Below the pieces are notes generated by a model that saw only the letters and a list, made by a program, of their open reading frames with translations, did not search any database and was not told where the DNA came from. Shown piece by piece: positions 37,590 to 46,291 of a DNA stretch of 63,597 bases. Position numbers and translations under genes: made by a program. Source of the DNA: an uncultured virus (IMG/VR IMGVR_UViG_3300031134_000653) (taxonomy: Duplodnaviria; Heunggongvirae; Uroviricota; Caudoviricetes); the IMG/VR virus record IMGVR_UViG_3300031134_000653; one strand, 5' to 3'. How positions within the stretch are numbered: the first letter of the stretch is position 1; each line of letters opens with the position of its first letter.

Positions 37590-39137
37590 TCAAGCAGGCT
37601 GAAGACCAGCTGTTCTCTGAGTGAGCATGAATTTGTTCGCTCTGAATGCGTCATACAGGTACCATTCTCGTGCGTCCTGCATGACAGCTTCAGCAGTGTG
37701 CTCTCGGAGAGCTTTCACTCCGTAATGGTACCCCTCGCAGTATAAGCAGGAGTAGATGGTTGACTCAACTTTGCCGCCTAAGATGATTGCAGCAATGTAA
37801 GCCTCTACTCCTGTTTCATATTTGACTTTACGACCACACTCATAGAACTCTTTCAACTGCTCATCAGTCACCTGGCTGACACTAACAACATGTTCTGCAG
37901 CATAATTGTAATTGCGGATGCCTTCTCGCTCTTTAGCTCCGAGGAAGATTTTGTTCAAAGTCACCAAATCAGAATGAATCAGGTCCCTGATGAAAGCTTT
38001 CACCAAGTTGAAACTCAGAACAAAGTCAGGAGTGAGCAGTTCAGCTGACTCATCAGCGTAGTAAAAAGCTGCAACAAATTTTTGATACACCTGTTCATCA
38101 ACATAGTGTTTAGTTTTCTTGTCATGCTGGAAGCAGTAAATGAACCTTGTTGCTGTAGGTCCAGCGGACAGTGCTGACTGATGAACCTGCTCAACAAATG
38201 CTGCATGCAGCTCGCTAAAACGATTCATGATTTGAATCGCTTTGGGCCATTCAAGTCGATTTTGAACATAAGGTAAGCAGTAGTCGAAGACATTCTTTTC
38301 TGTTTGCTTCACACGCTCCAAAAACTTCAACCGATGTTTCAAGGATGCAGGAAAAAGTTGGTCTTTGACACTCTGAGCCACATGAGTGAGGACAAGATGA
38401 GCTTCATCAGTTTTTGGGTTCACATATACCGCGTTGAAGGAAGGCACGAAACGATGCAGTTCAGCGGGTAAGTCAACTTCGTTCTTTTTGAGTTCAGCAT
38501 AAAACTCATCAATCAGGTATTCATAGTTCTCAGCTTCTTCAGCTGACCAGGAAGTCACATATTTTTGAGCCCGTTGGTCAATCATAGCTTCCAAATGAGC
38601 AAGAACAATCGATGGCATGGTCTTAGTCAAGTGAGAGTACTGTCTCTTCATGTCCAAAGAATGCAGAAACGAGTTCACCAAAGTTGTGGGAACAGCCACA
38701 CGGTGATTAGCAGTGCGAAGAGTCACCAACGTCAAATCTTTCAACGGCAGAGCATCTCGAACTACAGGTTCGTCAGCCAGCACACTTTTCTCAAACTGGT
38801 CAATGAGAAGTTCTTGCTGAGCAAACCAGTAAGGGTATTCTCTGCTCCATGTTTCATGGGCTTCGATTTCTTCTATGTATGCTTCACGAAGAACACCACT
38901 GCTAAGACTGCAATGAATGAATTCGTTCTTCTCTTTGTTCGTCAAAGAGCTGCTGTTCACTTCAGCCAGCAAAGCTTTCCAGTGCTGTTTCTCAACTACA
39001 TGAGTATGGCTGCAGTATCGACAATAAACCCCTTTGTGTAGTGAGGGGTTGTAATCGTCCAGCTGGTTTGGAAGATCAAACTGGTTCTCGCAAATGAGCT
39101 CGCGGAACCGAGTTCGCATGGCTAATACTGGGTCCAT
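37590..39137 (-). CDS. zinc-finger protein, paralogue family C
   Basis: N-term CRYCSHTH; C-term CGRKVKY...YSCLYCEGYHYG. Confidence 0.8.
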   Translation of the reverse strand: MDPVLAMRTRFRELICENQFDLPNQLDDYNPSLHKGVYCRYCSHTHVVEKQHWKALLAEVNSSSLTNKEKNEFIHCSLSSGVLREAYIEEIEAHETWSREYPYWFAQQELLIDQFEKSVLADEPVVRDALPLKDLTLVTLRTANHRVAVPTTLVNSFLHSLDMKRQYSHLTKTMPSIVLAHLEAMIDQRAQKYVTSWSAEEAENYEYLIDEFYAELKKNEVDLPAELHRFVPSFNAVYVNPKTDEAHLVLTHVAQSVKDQLFPASLKHRLKFLERVKQTEKNVFDYCLPYVQNRLEWPKAIQIMNRFSELHAAFVEQVHQSALSAGPTATRFIYCFQHDKKTKHYVDEQVYQKFVAAFYYADESAELLTPDFVLSFNLVKAFIRDLIHSDLVTLNKIFLGAKEREGIRNYNYAAEHVVSVSQVTDEQLKEFYECGRKVKYETGVEAYIAAIILGGKVESTIYSCLYCEGYHYGVKALREHTAEAVMQDAREWYLYDAFRANKFMLTQRTAGLQPA

Positions 39138-39150
39138 TCAGTCCTCCAGC

Positions 39151-39342
39151 TTAGTTGGCTACCACTCGGGCGATGCGCTCGGCATCAAGCGGGAGCTTCT
39201 GGATTCCCAGAAGGATGGTGTAGTTGCCGTTCTCCTCCGAAAGGAGACCCGAGATTGCTCGACCGTTCTTCATCTTCACGATGACCTGGTTGTTGATGTT
39301 GTTCTGGAGCGACTGTGCGACGCTGTTCTCATTGTTAATCAT
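39151..39342 (-). CDS. small Sm/Hfq-like (LSm fold) protein
   Basis: Helix then VIVKMKNGRAISGLL Sm1-like motif, 63 aa, GC3-rich codons. Confidence 0.5.
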   Translation of the reverse strand: MINNENSVAQSLQNNINNQVIVKMKNGRAISGLLSEENGNYTILLGIQKLPLDAERIARVVAN

Positions 39343-39393
39343 TATGGTTTGATACTACCATGGTCTCAAGAGAAAGACAAGAGAGTTTGAAGT

Positions 39394-39582
39394 TCAAACT
39401 TTCAACGAGTAGACGAGGAAAGTAAAACCAGGATCAGGACTTGCAACCCAACCCAGTTTGGTCAGTTCTTCAACATGAGCGTCGGAGATGACATCATCAA
39501 CAATACTGATGGTGATAACCCCTGGACCAGCTCCTGGTCCGCCCCATAGAAGATATGAATCGTATTCGGTAAAAATGTTCAT
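39394..39582 (-). CDS. small hypothetical protein
   Basis: ORF only. Confidence 0.45.
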   Translation of the reverse strand: MNIFTEYDSYLLWGGPGAGPGVITISIVDDVISDAHVEELTKLGWVASPDPGFTFLVYSLKV

Positions 39583-39675
39583 GCCGCGTGTCAGCGAGTG
39601 ATGTAAGTCAATTTATCCAAAATACCATAAAGACCGATACTTATTGAGGTACAACCACTTCCCCCGAAAGAAAAC

Positions 39676-41262
39676 ATGCTTAAGTTTCACTCTGTCCTAA
39701 AATCTTCCCGCGCTGCCATCGATCTGGCTTCCATCATGGTTGGTGTTATCATCATTGGTCTGATTGGTGGCGTCATCGCGGCTACCGTCTTCGCTGTCAT
39801 CCCTTGGTCTCAAGACAAAGCAGCCAAACAGCAGCTGGAAGCTATTGCTACGGCTGAAAATGCCCAGTACGGTAAATCCTCCGAAGGTAACAGTAAGCCT
39901 TTCTATGGCGACTCTGCGACTTTAGCTTCAGGTGGTTGGTTGCAGCAAGGCGAAAACTATTGTGTAGTCACTCCAGATGAGGATAAGCAATCCTACAAAG
40001 CAGCTGTCAAATCAGCCTCTGGAAAAGTGTTTGTTTCTACCAACAAAGCCCCTAACCCTGTCGAAGCAATGACAGGCGAAACTACTTGTATTGGTGTTGG
40101 CACCGGAACTGGGGGCTCAACTCCTGAAGTGGGCAATCCTACGAACCCTACTGCTGTGAACTTCCTTCCATCAAACATGGGTACTGCCGCTCATATGATT
40201 GTCAACAAAAATAACAAGCTTTACTCTTGGGGTAACAATATTTATGGGCAGTTGGGTGATGGCACTACGGTCAACAAGAAAGCTCCTGCAAGTGTTCAGG
40301 ATGGTCGATTCACACAAATTACATCTAACTTAAACTTCACAGTAGCTTTACAGGATGACAACACTTTGTGGGCTTGGGGAAGAAATGACAGCGACTGGCT
40401 AAACGTAGGCAGTGTAGGCAACATAGTAACTCCCACAAAAGTTGTTGTCGCTGGAACACCTCTTGCAGGAAAAACCATCAAACAAATTTCTGCAAGCAAT
40501 TCTTTCTACTATGTTCTGACATCTGACAATGAAGTGTACAAATCAACTGTACGCTTTGGAACTAAAGTTAACTTTGCGGGAACTTCATTGGTTGGGAAAG
40601 AAATAGTAAAACTCGCTACTGATGTTGATTCTGATGCATATTTCCTTCTTTCTTCAGAAGGTAAAGTCTATGGAGGAGGAGATGGAAGGAACTATGTCCA
40701 AGCTGACAGAGACGGAACCATCCACACAGCACCTTTCCATGAAATTCAAACCACAAACAGCACTATGGCAGGCAAATTCATTACTGACATTGCGGTAGGA
40801 GGAAACACTGTTCGGGTACTCACATCAGACAACAAACTGTACGGATGGGGATACAACGAAACTGGTCAGTTAGGTTTTGCCAACAAGTCTATTTTAGTAC
40901 CTACAGAAACTTCGTTAGTGAACACTCCGTTAGCAGGTAAAACGATGACTAGCCTTGCAGCTGGCTCTGGACATACTCTAGTCTTGACTGATGAAGGTAA
41001 AGTATACTCAGCAGGCTCGAACGCTGCCGGAGAAAGAGGTTCCAGTAGTACAACTGTAGCGGTTCCTTATATTGCAGTTGAAACAGCAAACACTCCAATG
41101 GCTGACCAAAAAATTGTGGCAGTATCAGCTGGAAAAGCTTCATCCTATGCGTTAGATTCCAACGGCAAGTTGTATGCTTGGGGTGTGAATGCTAGTGGAC
41201 AGATGGGTAACGGAACTACAACCATTCAAAAATTGCCTATAGAAGTGACGTTTGCTGAATAA
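39676..41262 (+). CDS. pilin-like N-terminus fused to RCC1/BLIP-II beta-propeller
   Basis: AAIDLASIMVGVIIIGLIGGVIAATVFAVIPWSQD; repeated LYxWGxNxxGQLG. Confidence 0.85.
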   Translation: MLKFHSVLKSSRAAIDLASIMVGVIIIGLIGGVIAATVFAVIPWSQDKAAKQQLEAIATAENAQYGKSSEGNSKPFYGDSATLASGGWLQQGENYCVVTPDEDKQSYKAAVKSASGKVFVSTNKAPNPVEAMTGETTCIGVGTGTGGSTPEVGNPTNPTAVNFLPSNMGTAAHMIVNKNNKLYSWGNNIYGQLGDGTTVNKKAPASVQDGRFTQITSNLNFTVALQDDNTLWAWGRNDSDWLNVGSVGNIVTPTKVVVAGTPLAGKTIKQISASNSFYYVLTSDNEVYKSTVRFGTKVNFAGTSLVGKEIVKLATDVDSDAYFLLSSEGKVYGGGDGRNYVQADRDGTIHTAPFHEIQTTNSTMAGKFITDIAVGGNTVRVLTSDNKLYGWGYNETGQLGFANKSILVPTETSLVNTPLAGKTMTSLAAGSGHTLVLTDEGKVYSAGSNAAGERGSSSTTVAVPYIAVETANTPMADQKIVAVSAGKASSYALDSNGKLYAWGVNASGQMGNGTTTIQKLPIEVTFAE

Positions 41263-41263
41263 T

Positions 41264-42139
41264 TCAGCCCATGTAGTAGATGCTGGCATCATCAAAGTAG
41301 GCGATACGTCCTGGAGAAACACCTTCAGCTCTAATCTGGATACCAATTTTGCTGTAGTTGGCTTCATTTACAGTACCTCTAACCGAAACATACTGCCAGT
41401 CACCAGTAGCTTGTACCAGCCCGCCACCGGCACCTTCAGAGTAAGGACCTTCGGTTCTTAGAGCTACATGCCAACTTGTTCCGACTTCAGCTTTGAACCA
41501 CATTCCGGCAGTGTACGTTCCACCTTTAGTGATTGTGTTCTGCCATACAATTGTTCCGTCGTAAGGGTTCACTGTGACGATTTTGCGTGAAGTTCCTGGG
41601 GAATGAGTGATGGTCTTTTCAGTGCTTACAGTTGGACCGAAGTAGTTTTCCCAATCAGTTCCTTTTTCGTAGGTTGGGTCAGCAAACAGGTTACCTGATT
41701 TGAAAGGACCCGCTGTTGGCCATGCACAGTTTGCAGGGTAATCTGCTGGAGCCGCAGCTGGCCATGGTGTTGGAACGACCTTAGCCTGATTAGTTTTGGA
41801 AGAAAGGTAGAAAGTTTTTCCTGTTGATGAAGTTTTGAATGCTCCATAGCATTTGTTTTCATCTGAGAACACTGCAACTTGTGCTGCATTCAAATCCATG
41901 AGTTCAGGCAAAACACTTGAGAACCTGCCTTCAGTCAGACCTGAATTAGCACTTTCAGCAACAACTACATTCTGAAGCTGCTGTTTCGCTGCATTGTCTT
42001 GAGCCCACGGGATGACAGCAAACACGGTAGCAGCAATAACTGCTCCGATGAGACCTATTACGATGATGCCCACCATGATGGATGCAAGATCGACAGCAGC
42101 TTTACTGCTTTTTAGGACGTTAGAAAATGATTTGTACAT
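41264..42139 (-). CDS. pilin-like N-terminus fused to carbohydrate-binding (CBM4/9-like) domain
   Basis: Same N-terminus as 39676; NLFADPTYEKG..W, YTAGMWFK, WQYVSV, YFDDASI. Confidence 0.8.
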   Translation of the reverse strand: MYKSFSNVLKSSKAAVDLASIMVGIIVIGLIGAVIAATVFAVIPWAQDNAAKQQLQNVVVAESANSGLTEGRFSSVLPELMDLNAAQVAVFSDENKCYGAFKTSSTGKTFYLSSKTNQAKVVPTPWPAAAPADYPANCAWPTAGPFKSGNLFADPTYEKGTDWENYFGPTVSTEKTITHSPGTSRKIVTVNPYDGTIVWQNTITKGGTYTAGMWFKAEVGTSWHVALRTEGPYSEGAGGGLVQATGDWQYVSVRGTVNEANYSKIGIQIRAEGVSPGRIAYFDDASIYYMG

Positions 42140-42364
42140 AGGCGTTTCTTTAGGGGAAGACATTATGCCTAGAGTATCGGTCATGTCTACTTTCTAAGTG
42201 AAGCTTCAGAAAACGCTCAGGTAGCGAATCGTCACTACTATTCAGAAAATCGAAAGTACCCCGTCAGAAGTCTATTTATAGCATGTAGTTATACTACTCA
42301 GACAGTTTGATTTTCGTACTCCATTTATTAAAGATGTAATTGCTTAATCTGTTATTGTCTTGAT

Positions 42365-42940
42365 ATGGATAACTTGCATCTTTCGGACACTCCAATATCA
42401 TCTTACGAATCTGAATACGGTCTCATGCTTTGGGTTCTTCTTGGTATTTTTGTTATTTCAATCATAGGAGCATTTGTAACATCTGCCAAATGGGGAACAC
42501 TGAAATTATCCAAGAAAAAATTCTTGGTAGCTGGACACATTTTGGTTCTAATTTCCGTCATTGCAACGTCAACCATTTTTGGTGTCAAAGATCATCGAAA
42601 TTGGATTGATAGCTTTGCTAAACAAGATGAACTTGGAGTGAGCACTGAGGAAGCTAACACACTAGCTTTTCAACAATGGGCGAACAATCGCTATGCGTTG
42701 TCTTTAGACAAAGCTGATTCACGGGATATCTTGGGTATAGTTGACCCGATCAGGGAAGAATATAGATACGCTTCCTATAAGAGCGACTACTATCAATATG
42801 TTGAGAACATGAAGCAACCTGTCCAAACGGGGGAAGCTCTTCTCAAGATTAATGGCGAGGTGATGGATATCCGACTTGTGTGGGATGGTGAAGAGTATTT
42901 GTTGATGCGTGCTGAAAGCGGAGAGTTAGAACGCAGATGA
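42365..42940 (+). CDS. membrane protein
   Basis: 2 TM plus soluble domain. Confidence 0.7.
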   Translation: MDNLHLSDTPISSYESEYGLMLWVLLGIFVISIIGAFVTSAKWGTLKLSKKKFLVAGHILVLISVIATSTIFGVKDHRNWIDSFAKQDELGVSTEEANTLAFQQWANNRYALSLDKADSRDILGIVDPIREEYRYASYKSDYYQYVENMKQPVQTGEALLKINGEVMDIRLVWDGEEYLLMRAESGELERR

Positions 42941-42968
42941 CATTCCATTAATAGAACTGTAAGCCTCA

Positions 42969-43691
42969 TCATTGATTATGGTTTAGAGGTTTTTCGTTCA
43001 GCATGTTCTCCAGCTCTTGAGAGCCATCTTGTTCATACACTCTTTGGCTAACCTTTTCAGGTTTCACAATGGACACAGAACGCATGTCTTTTTCCGCCGA
43101 GAGAAGTAACTCCCACTCTTTTGGGCTGTACTTTTTAGGTTGTTGTTTGGCTCGTTTCATGTATTCACGCATGGTGATACCTGAATCCCAGTATTCTTTG
43201 TGATGAGCCTCGTTGTCATTCCCAGAGGAAGCTTTTTCCCAAGCATGGATGGAGTAAACATATGTGGAGTCAATGTCTACTCTGATTTCACGGACCTGGA
43301 TATCGACAACATTTGAATGCCATTTACCTCGGACCCATCGTGTTACTCCACCAAGAGTTGGTGAAGCGAAAACGCCGTCAGTTCTCCCTTGCCGATTTTC
43401 TGGCTTCATACTGTCAGACTTCACATAAGAATCCTTTTCCACCCCACGTTCTGTTGGGGCAAAAGGTTCACCTGAACGATACACAGCAACAGTGGTCGTT
43501 CCATCAGCTTCTTTTCGGACATCCCAGGAGGCTTCAAAATCTGGCGTGACGATGGCTTGGAATTTGAGCTCTTCTTCGCGTTCTCTGATCTGGTTCATGA
43601 ACGCAATCCGCTGTCGGTACGCTTTGCCATGCAGCCGGCAAGTAGCAGGATTCTTTTTGCGGCATTTTCCGCGAAGGTCTTGTGATGGCAT
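42969..43691 (-). CDS. putative ART-fold protein with CRKKNPATCRLHG tag
   Basis: VYRSG...VFASPT...YWDSG...EWELLL. Confidence 0.7.
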   Translation of the reverse strand: MPSQDLRGKCRKKNPATCRLHGKAYRQRIAFMNQIREREEELKFQAIVTPDFEASWDVRKEADGTTTVAVYRSGEPFAPTERGVEKDSYVKSDSMKPENRQGRTDGVFASPTLGGVTRWVRGKWHSNVVDIQVREIRVDIDSTYVYSIHAWEKASSGNDNEAHHKEYWDSGITMREYMKRAKQQPKKYSPKEWELLLSAEKDMRSVSIVKPEKVSQRVYEQDGSQELENMLNEKPLNHNQ

Positions 43692-43712
43692 GCACGATTT
43701 CTAACAGCTAAC

Positions 43713-43752
43713 AAAAGCAACGCTCTACCTAACTTGGTAGAGCGTTGCTTTT
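43713..43752 (-). terminator. hairpin, 17-bp arms
   Basis: AAAAGCAACGCTCTACC-taactt-GGTAGAGCGTTGCTTTT. Confidence 0.85.
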
Positions 43753-44377
43753 AGTTCCAGTAGCCAACGTGGCGCTGCTGGCGGGTGTTCACTGCGTCGT
43801 AGTCGTCACCCCACAGGTCTTCCCCGTCGTTGTAGTCCTCAGCCATGGCTTCCAGCATGAGGCGTTCGGTGGCTCGCTGGCTGGAGTGGTACTGGGTCTT
43901 CAAGTCCTTCTTGAAGGGGCGAGCGGCTCGGCGGTGGGAGTCGACCCAGGTGTAGCACAGTTCCTGCATCTCGTCTCCGACGTAACGGACAGGGCGGACC
44001 TGCTCGTTTTCTGCGGTGCAGTGGTCGGGGCGGTGACCTACGAGGGTCTTCTCGCGGAGAGGGCGCTCGTAGGTGGTGACGATTTCGGTGGGCTGCAGGT
44101 CGTAGAAGTTGTACCAGTTCAGCTCTCCGCTTTCACGGAGCTTGAAGTACTCGGTGGTGGTGTAGACCTTGCTGGTGCGGTCACGGAAGACCACACGGTA
44201 TCCCTTCACGGGAGGTCGCTCGACGGTCTCCATGACCTGGTTGCCGTCAGCGTCCTTCACAGGCAGCCAGTGGTAGACTTCCTCCCCTGCCAGGTGGTGG
44301 TAGTGGGAGACGCTACGCAGTTCGTTCTTGTCGTTAGAACGCACCCAGTACGGGCGGTCCTTGAAAGTTCTCGACAT
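43751..44377 (-). CDS. hypothetical protein, paralogue family D (MSRTFKDRP)
   Basis: Shares MSxTFKDRPxWVxSND, PDHCT, YHS, DxWGDxYxxVNTRQ with neighbour. Confidence 0.85.
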   Translation of the reverse strand: MSRTFKDRPYWVRSNDKNELRSVSHYHHLAGEEVYHWLPVKDADGNQVMETVERPPVKGYRVVFRDRTSKVYTTTEYFKLRESGELNWYNFYDLQPTEIVTTYERPLREKTLVGHRPDHCTAENEQVRPVRYVGDEMQELCYTWVDSHRRAARPFKKDLKTQYHSSQRATERLMLEAMAEDYNDGEDLWGDDYDAVNTRQQRHVGYWN

Positions 44378-44471
44378 ATTCTTTTCTACCTTTCGGTAGA
44401 TAGCTCTCTGAAAGCCCCTTGTGGACTTTCCGGTCTATCTACTTATGAAGGTAGCGAATGGCGTTCGACAT
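44378..44471 (-). promoter_or_regulatory. leader peptide (44471-44439, MSNAIRYLHK) plus translational attenuator
   Basis: uORF with AAGGA RBS; mutually exclusive GUAGAUAG/CUAUCUAC and CUACC-GAAA-GGUAG helices. Confidence 0.75.
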
Positions 44472-44525
44472 GTAATTCAATCCTTAGATAATGTTTTGGA
44501 TAAGCGTTTGACTGCTTATGATTCT

Positions 44526-44554
44526 ACTATAGTGCATGCCTGAGGTCTTGTCAA
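44526..44554 (-). promoter_or_regulatory. sigma-A type promoter
   Basis: TTGACA-17-TATAGT. Confidence 0.8.
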
Positions 44555-44564
44555 CCTCAGAGTT

Positions 44565-45263
44565 TCAATCCCACCAACCGTTGTGTTTCTTCTGGCGAGT
44601 GTTCACAGATTCATACTCGTCACCCCACATGTCTTCAACATTGGATGCGTTTTTGGCAGCTTCACGAAGAAGGTTGCTTTCAGTGCGGCGAGCTTTGGAG
44701 TGGTACTGGCGGCGGTCCTTTTTGTCAGGACGATTTCTGTAGTAACGCTCCCAAGGTCTCTGAATGACAGGGAAGCAAAGGTGAGTCTCGTCAGGAGTCC
44801 ACAATCCTTCGCTGTCTTTGGTCAACGGAACATCCATGGTGCAGTGGTCAGGGTATGTTCCGACCACACGGAACTCGCGTTCGATGGTTTTTCTCATGAA
44901 CGTCTGATTGAGGTAAACCACTTCTTCGATGTTGGCAATCAGCTCATCAGTTTTGTGACTGCGAGCATGAGTGGTGAAGTAGTAGTCTCCTCTGCGTCCC
45001 ACTTCAGTGCTGCGACCATTGAAGATGTAGAATTCCTTGGAGGAAACATATCTCCAAGTTTTGTCTCTGAGAAGGAAAGCATACTCGACAGTCATCGGAG
45101 TTGCGACGTACTTGTAGTCAGGGTTGCCGTTCTCATCAACAGCTTCAGCCCAGCGTTTGCGGGGACGACCAGCGTAGTGGTGGTTATGCTTAATTTGTCG
45201 TCCACGGCTGTTCAAGTCATTGCTTTTGACCCACAGTGGACGGTCTTTGAATGTGTTGGACAT
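44565..45263 (-). CDS. hypothetical protein, paralogue family D (MSNTFKDRP)
   Basis: Paralogue of 43751..44377. Confidence 0.85.
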   Translation of the reverse strand: MSNTFKDRPLWVKSNDLNSRGRQIKHNHHYAGRPRKRWAEAVDENGNPDYKYVATPMTVEYAFLLRDKTWRYVSSKEFYIFNGRSTEVGRRGDYYFTTHARSHKTDELIANIEEVVYLNQTFMRKTIEREFRVVGTYPDHCTMDVPLTKDSEGLWTPDETHLCFPVIQRPWERYYRNRPDKKDRRQYHSKARRTESNLLREAAKNASNVEDMWGDEYESVNTRQKKHNGWWD

Positions 45264-45360
45264 TCGTTCCTACCTTATAGGTAGGCAGTTCATATTAGGC
45301 CCCGAGTGGACCTGAAAGACTACCTACCTATGTAGGTAGAAAAATTTGTGAATTCTTCAT
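45264..45360 (-). promoter_or_regulatory. leader peptide (45360-45328, MKNSQIFLPT) plus translational attenuator
   Basis: Same architecture as 44378-44471. Confidence 0.75.
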
Positions 45361-45473
45361 AGACCATCAGTTCCGCTTTCTTCCATCACCAACCATTGTA
45401 GGCGATTGCCAACTATTATTGGCATGTATCAATCATTATACGCTCAAACGTATCCTAAGTCAATAAATTTGGT

Positions 45474-45698
45474 CTATGCAGCTTCCATGTTGAACCCACC
45501 ATGACGCAGCACATCATCACTGATGCGAACAACAGCGTCACTTGATTCATCAGCAAACTCACCAATGAAAGAACCTTGGTGATGGTCAAGAAGACGGACG
45601 CGACGAACGTCGGTACCTCGTTTCGGCACAAGTACAATGACAGGCTTCTCTCCGTTACGCACCTGTACGATCAGTTTGTTCACAAGATCAGTGTTCAT
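45474..45698 (-). CDS. small hypothetical protein
   Basis: AAGGAG RBS. Confidence 0.7.
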   Translation of the reverse strand: MNTDLVNKLIVQVRNGEKPVIVLVPKRGTDVRRVRLLDHHQGSFIGEFADESSDAVVRISDDVLRHGGFNMEAA

Positions 45699-45757
45699 AA
45701 GGTTCTCCTTTTCGTTAATACTATTCTAACATCTCCTACTGTGATAATATTATCCGC

Positions 45758-46261
45758 ATGGCTGACTATAAACTGAGAGAAAATATAACTGAGCTGAAAA
45801 CGTTCTCAGTTTTCATTGAAGACCCCCGCGAATCAGATGGTGGAGGCTGGTCTTACTCAGCTCGTGAGTCAGATGAGTTTATTATTCTCGACTGGGCTGG
45901 TAGCATTAGGAAACAGTACCTACCTACTTTGATTCAGTTGCTCATTTTTGTTGCCGAAAAAGATGTTGAGCGGCACAACCTACCAGCTTTCAACATCGGA
46001 AGCATGGTGTATGACACTGATGAGGAATTGGCTGATGATGTTGTAGAGTCTTACTCAGAATCAGCTATTGGTGTTGACCTACATGAAATGTTCATCATTA
46101 CCACAGCCCATGTTGAACCTAAACGTCGTCAAGTAACCACTATCACTGTGAACCGAATTACAGACAGCTACCATGTCTTTGTTGGCTCAAGCCATACTCT
46201 GACTTTCCAGAGCTGGGAAATTGAAGGCATTACAGTTCTACTTCAAGCTTTAGCTGTTTGA
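45758..46261 (+). CDS. hypothetical protein, leaderless
   Basis: TGA-TAATAT-7-ATG. Confidence 0.7.
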   Translation: MADYKLRENITELKTFSVFIEDPRESDGGGWSYSARESDEFIILDWAGSIRKQYLPTLIQLLIFVAEKDVERHNLPAFNIGSMVYDTDEELADDVVESYSESAIGVDLHEMFIITTAHVEPKRRQVTTITVNRITDSYHVFVGSSHTLTFQSWEIEGITVLLQALAV

Positions 46262-46291
46262 CATTGCTCCAGAAACGTGTAAGCTAACATC

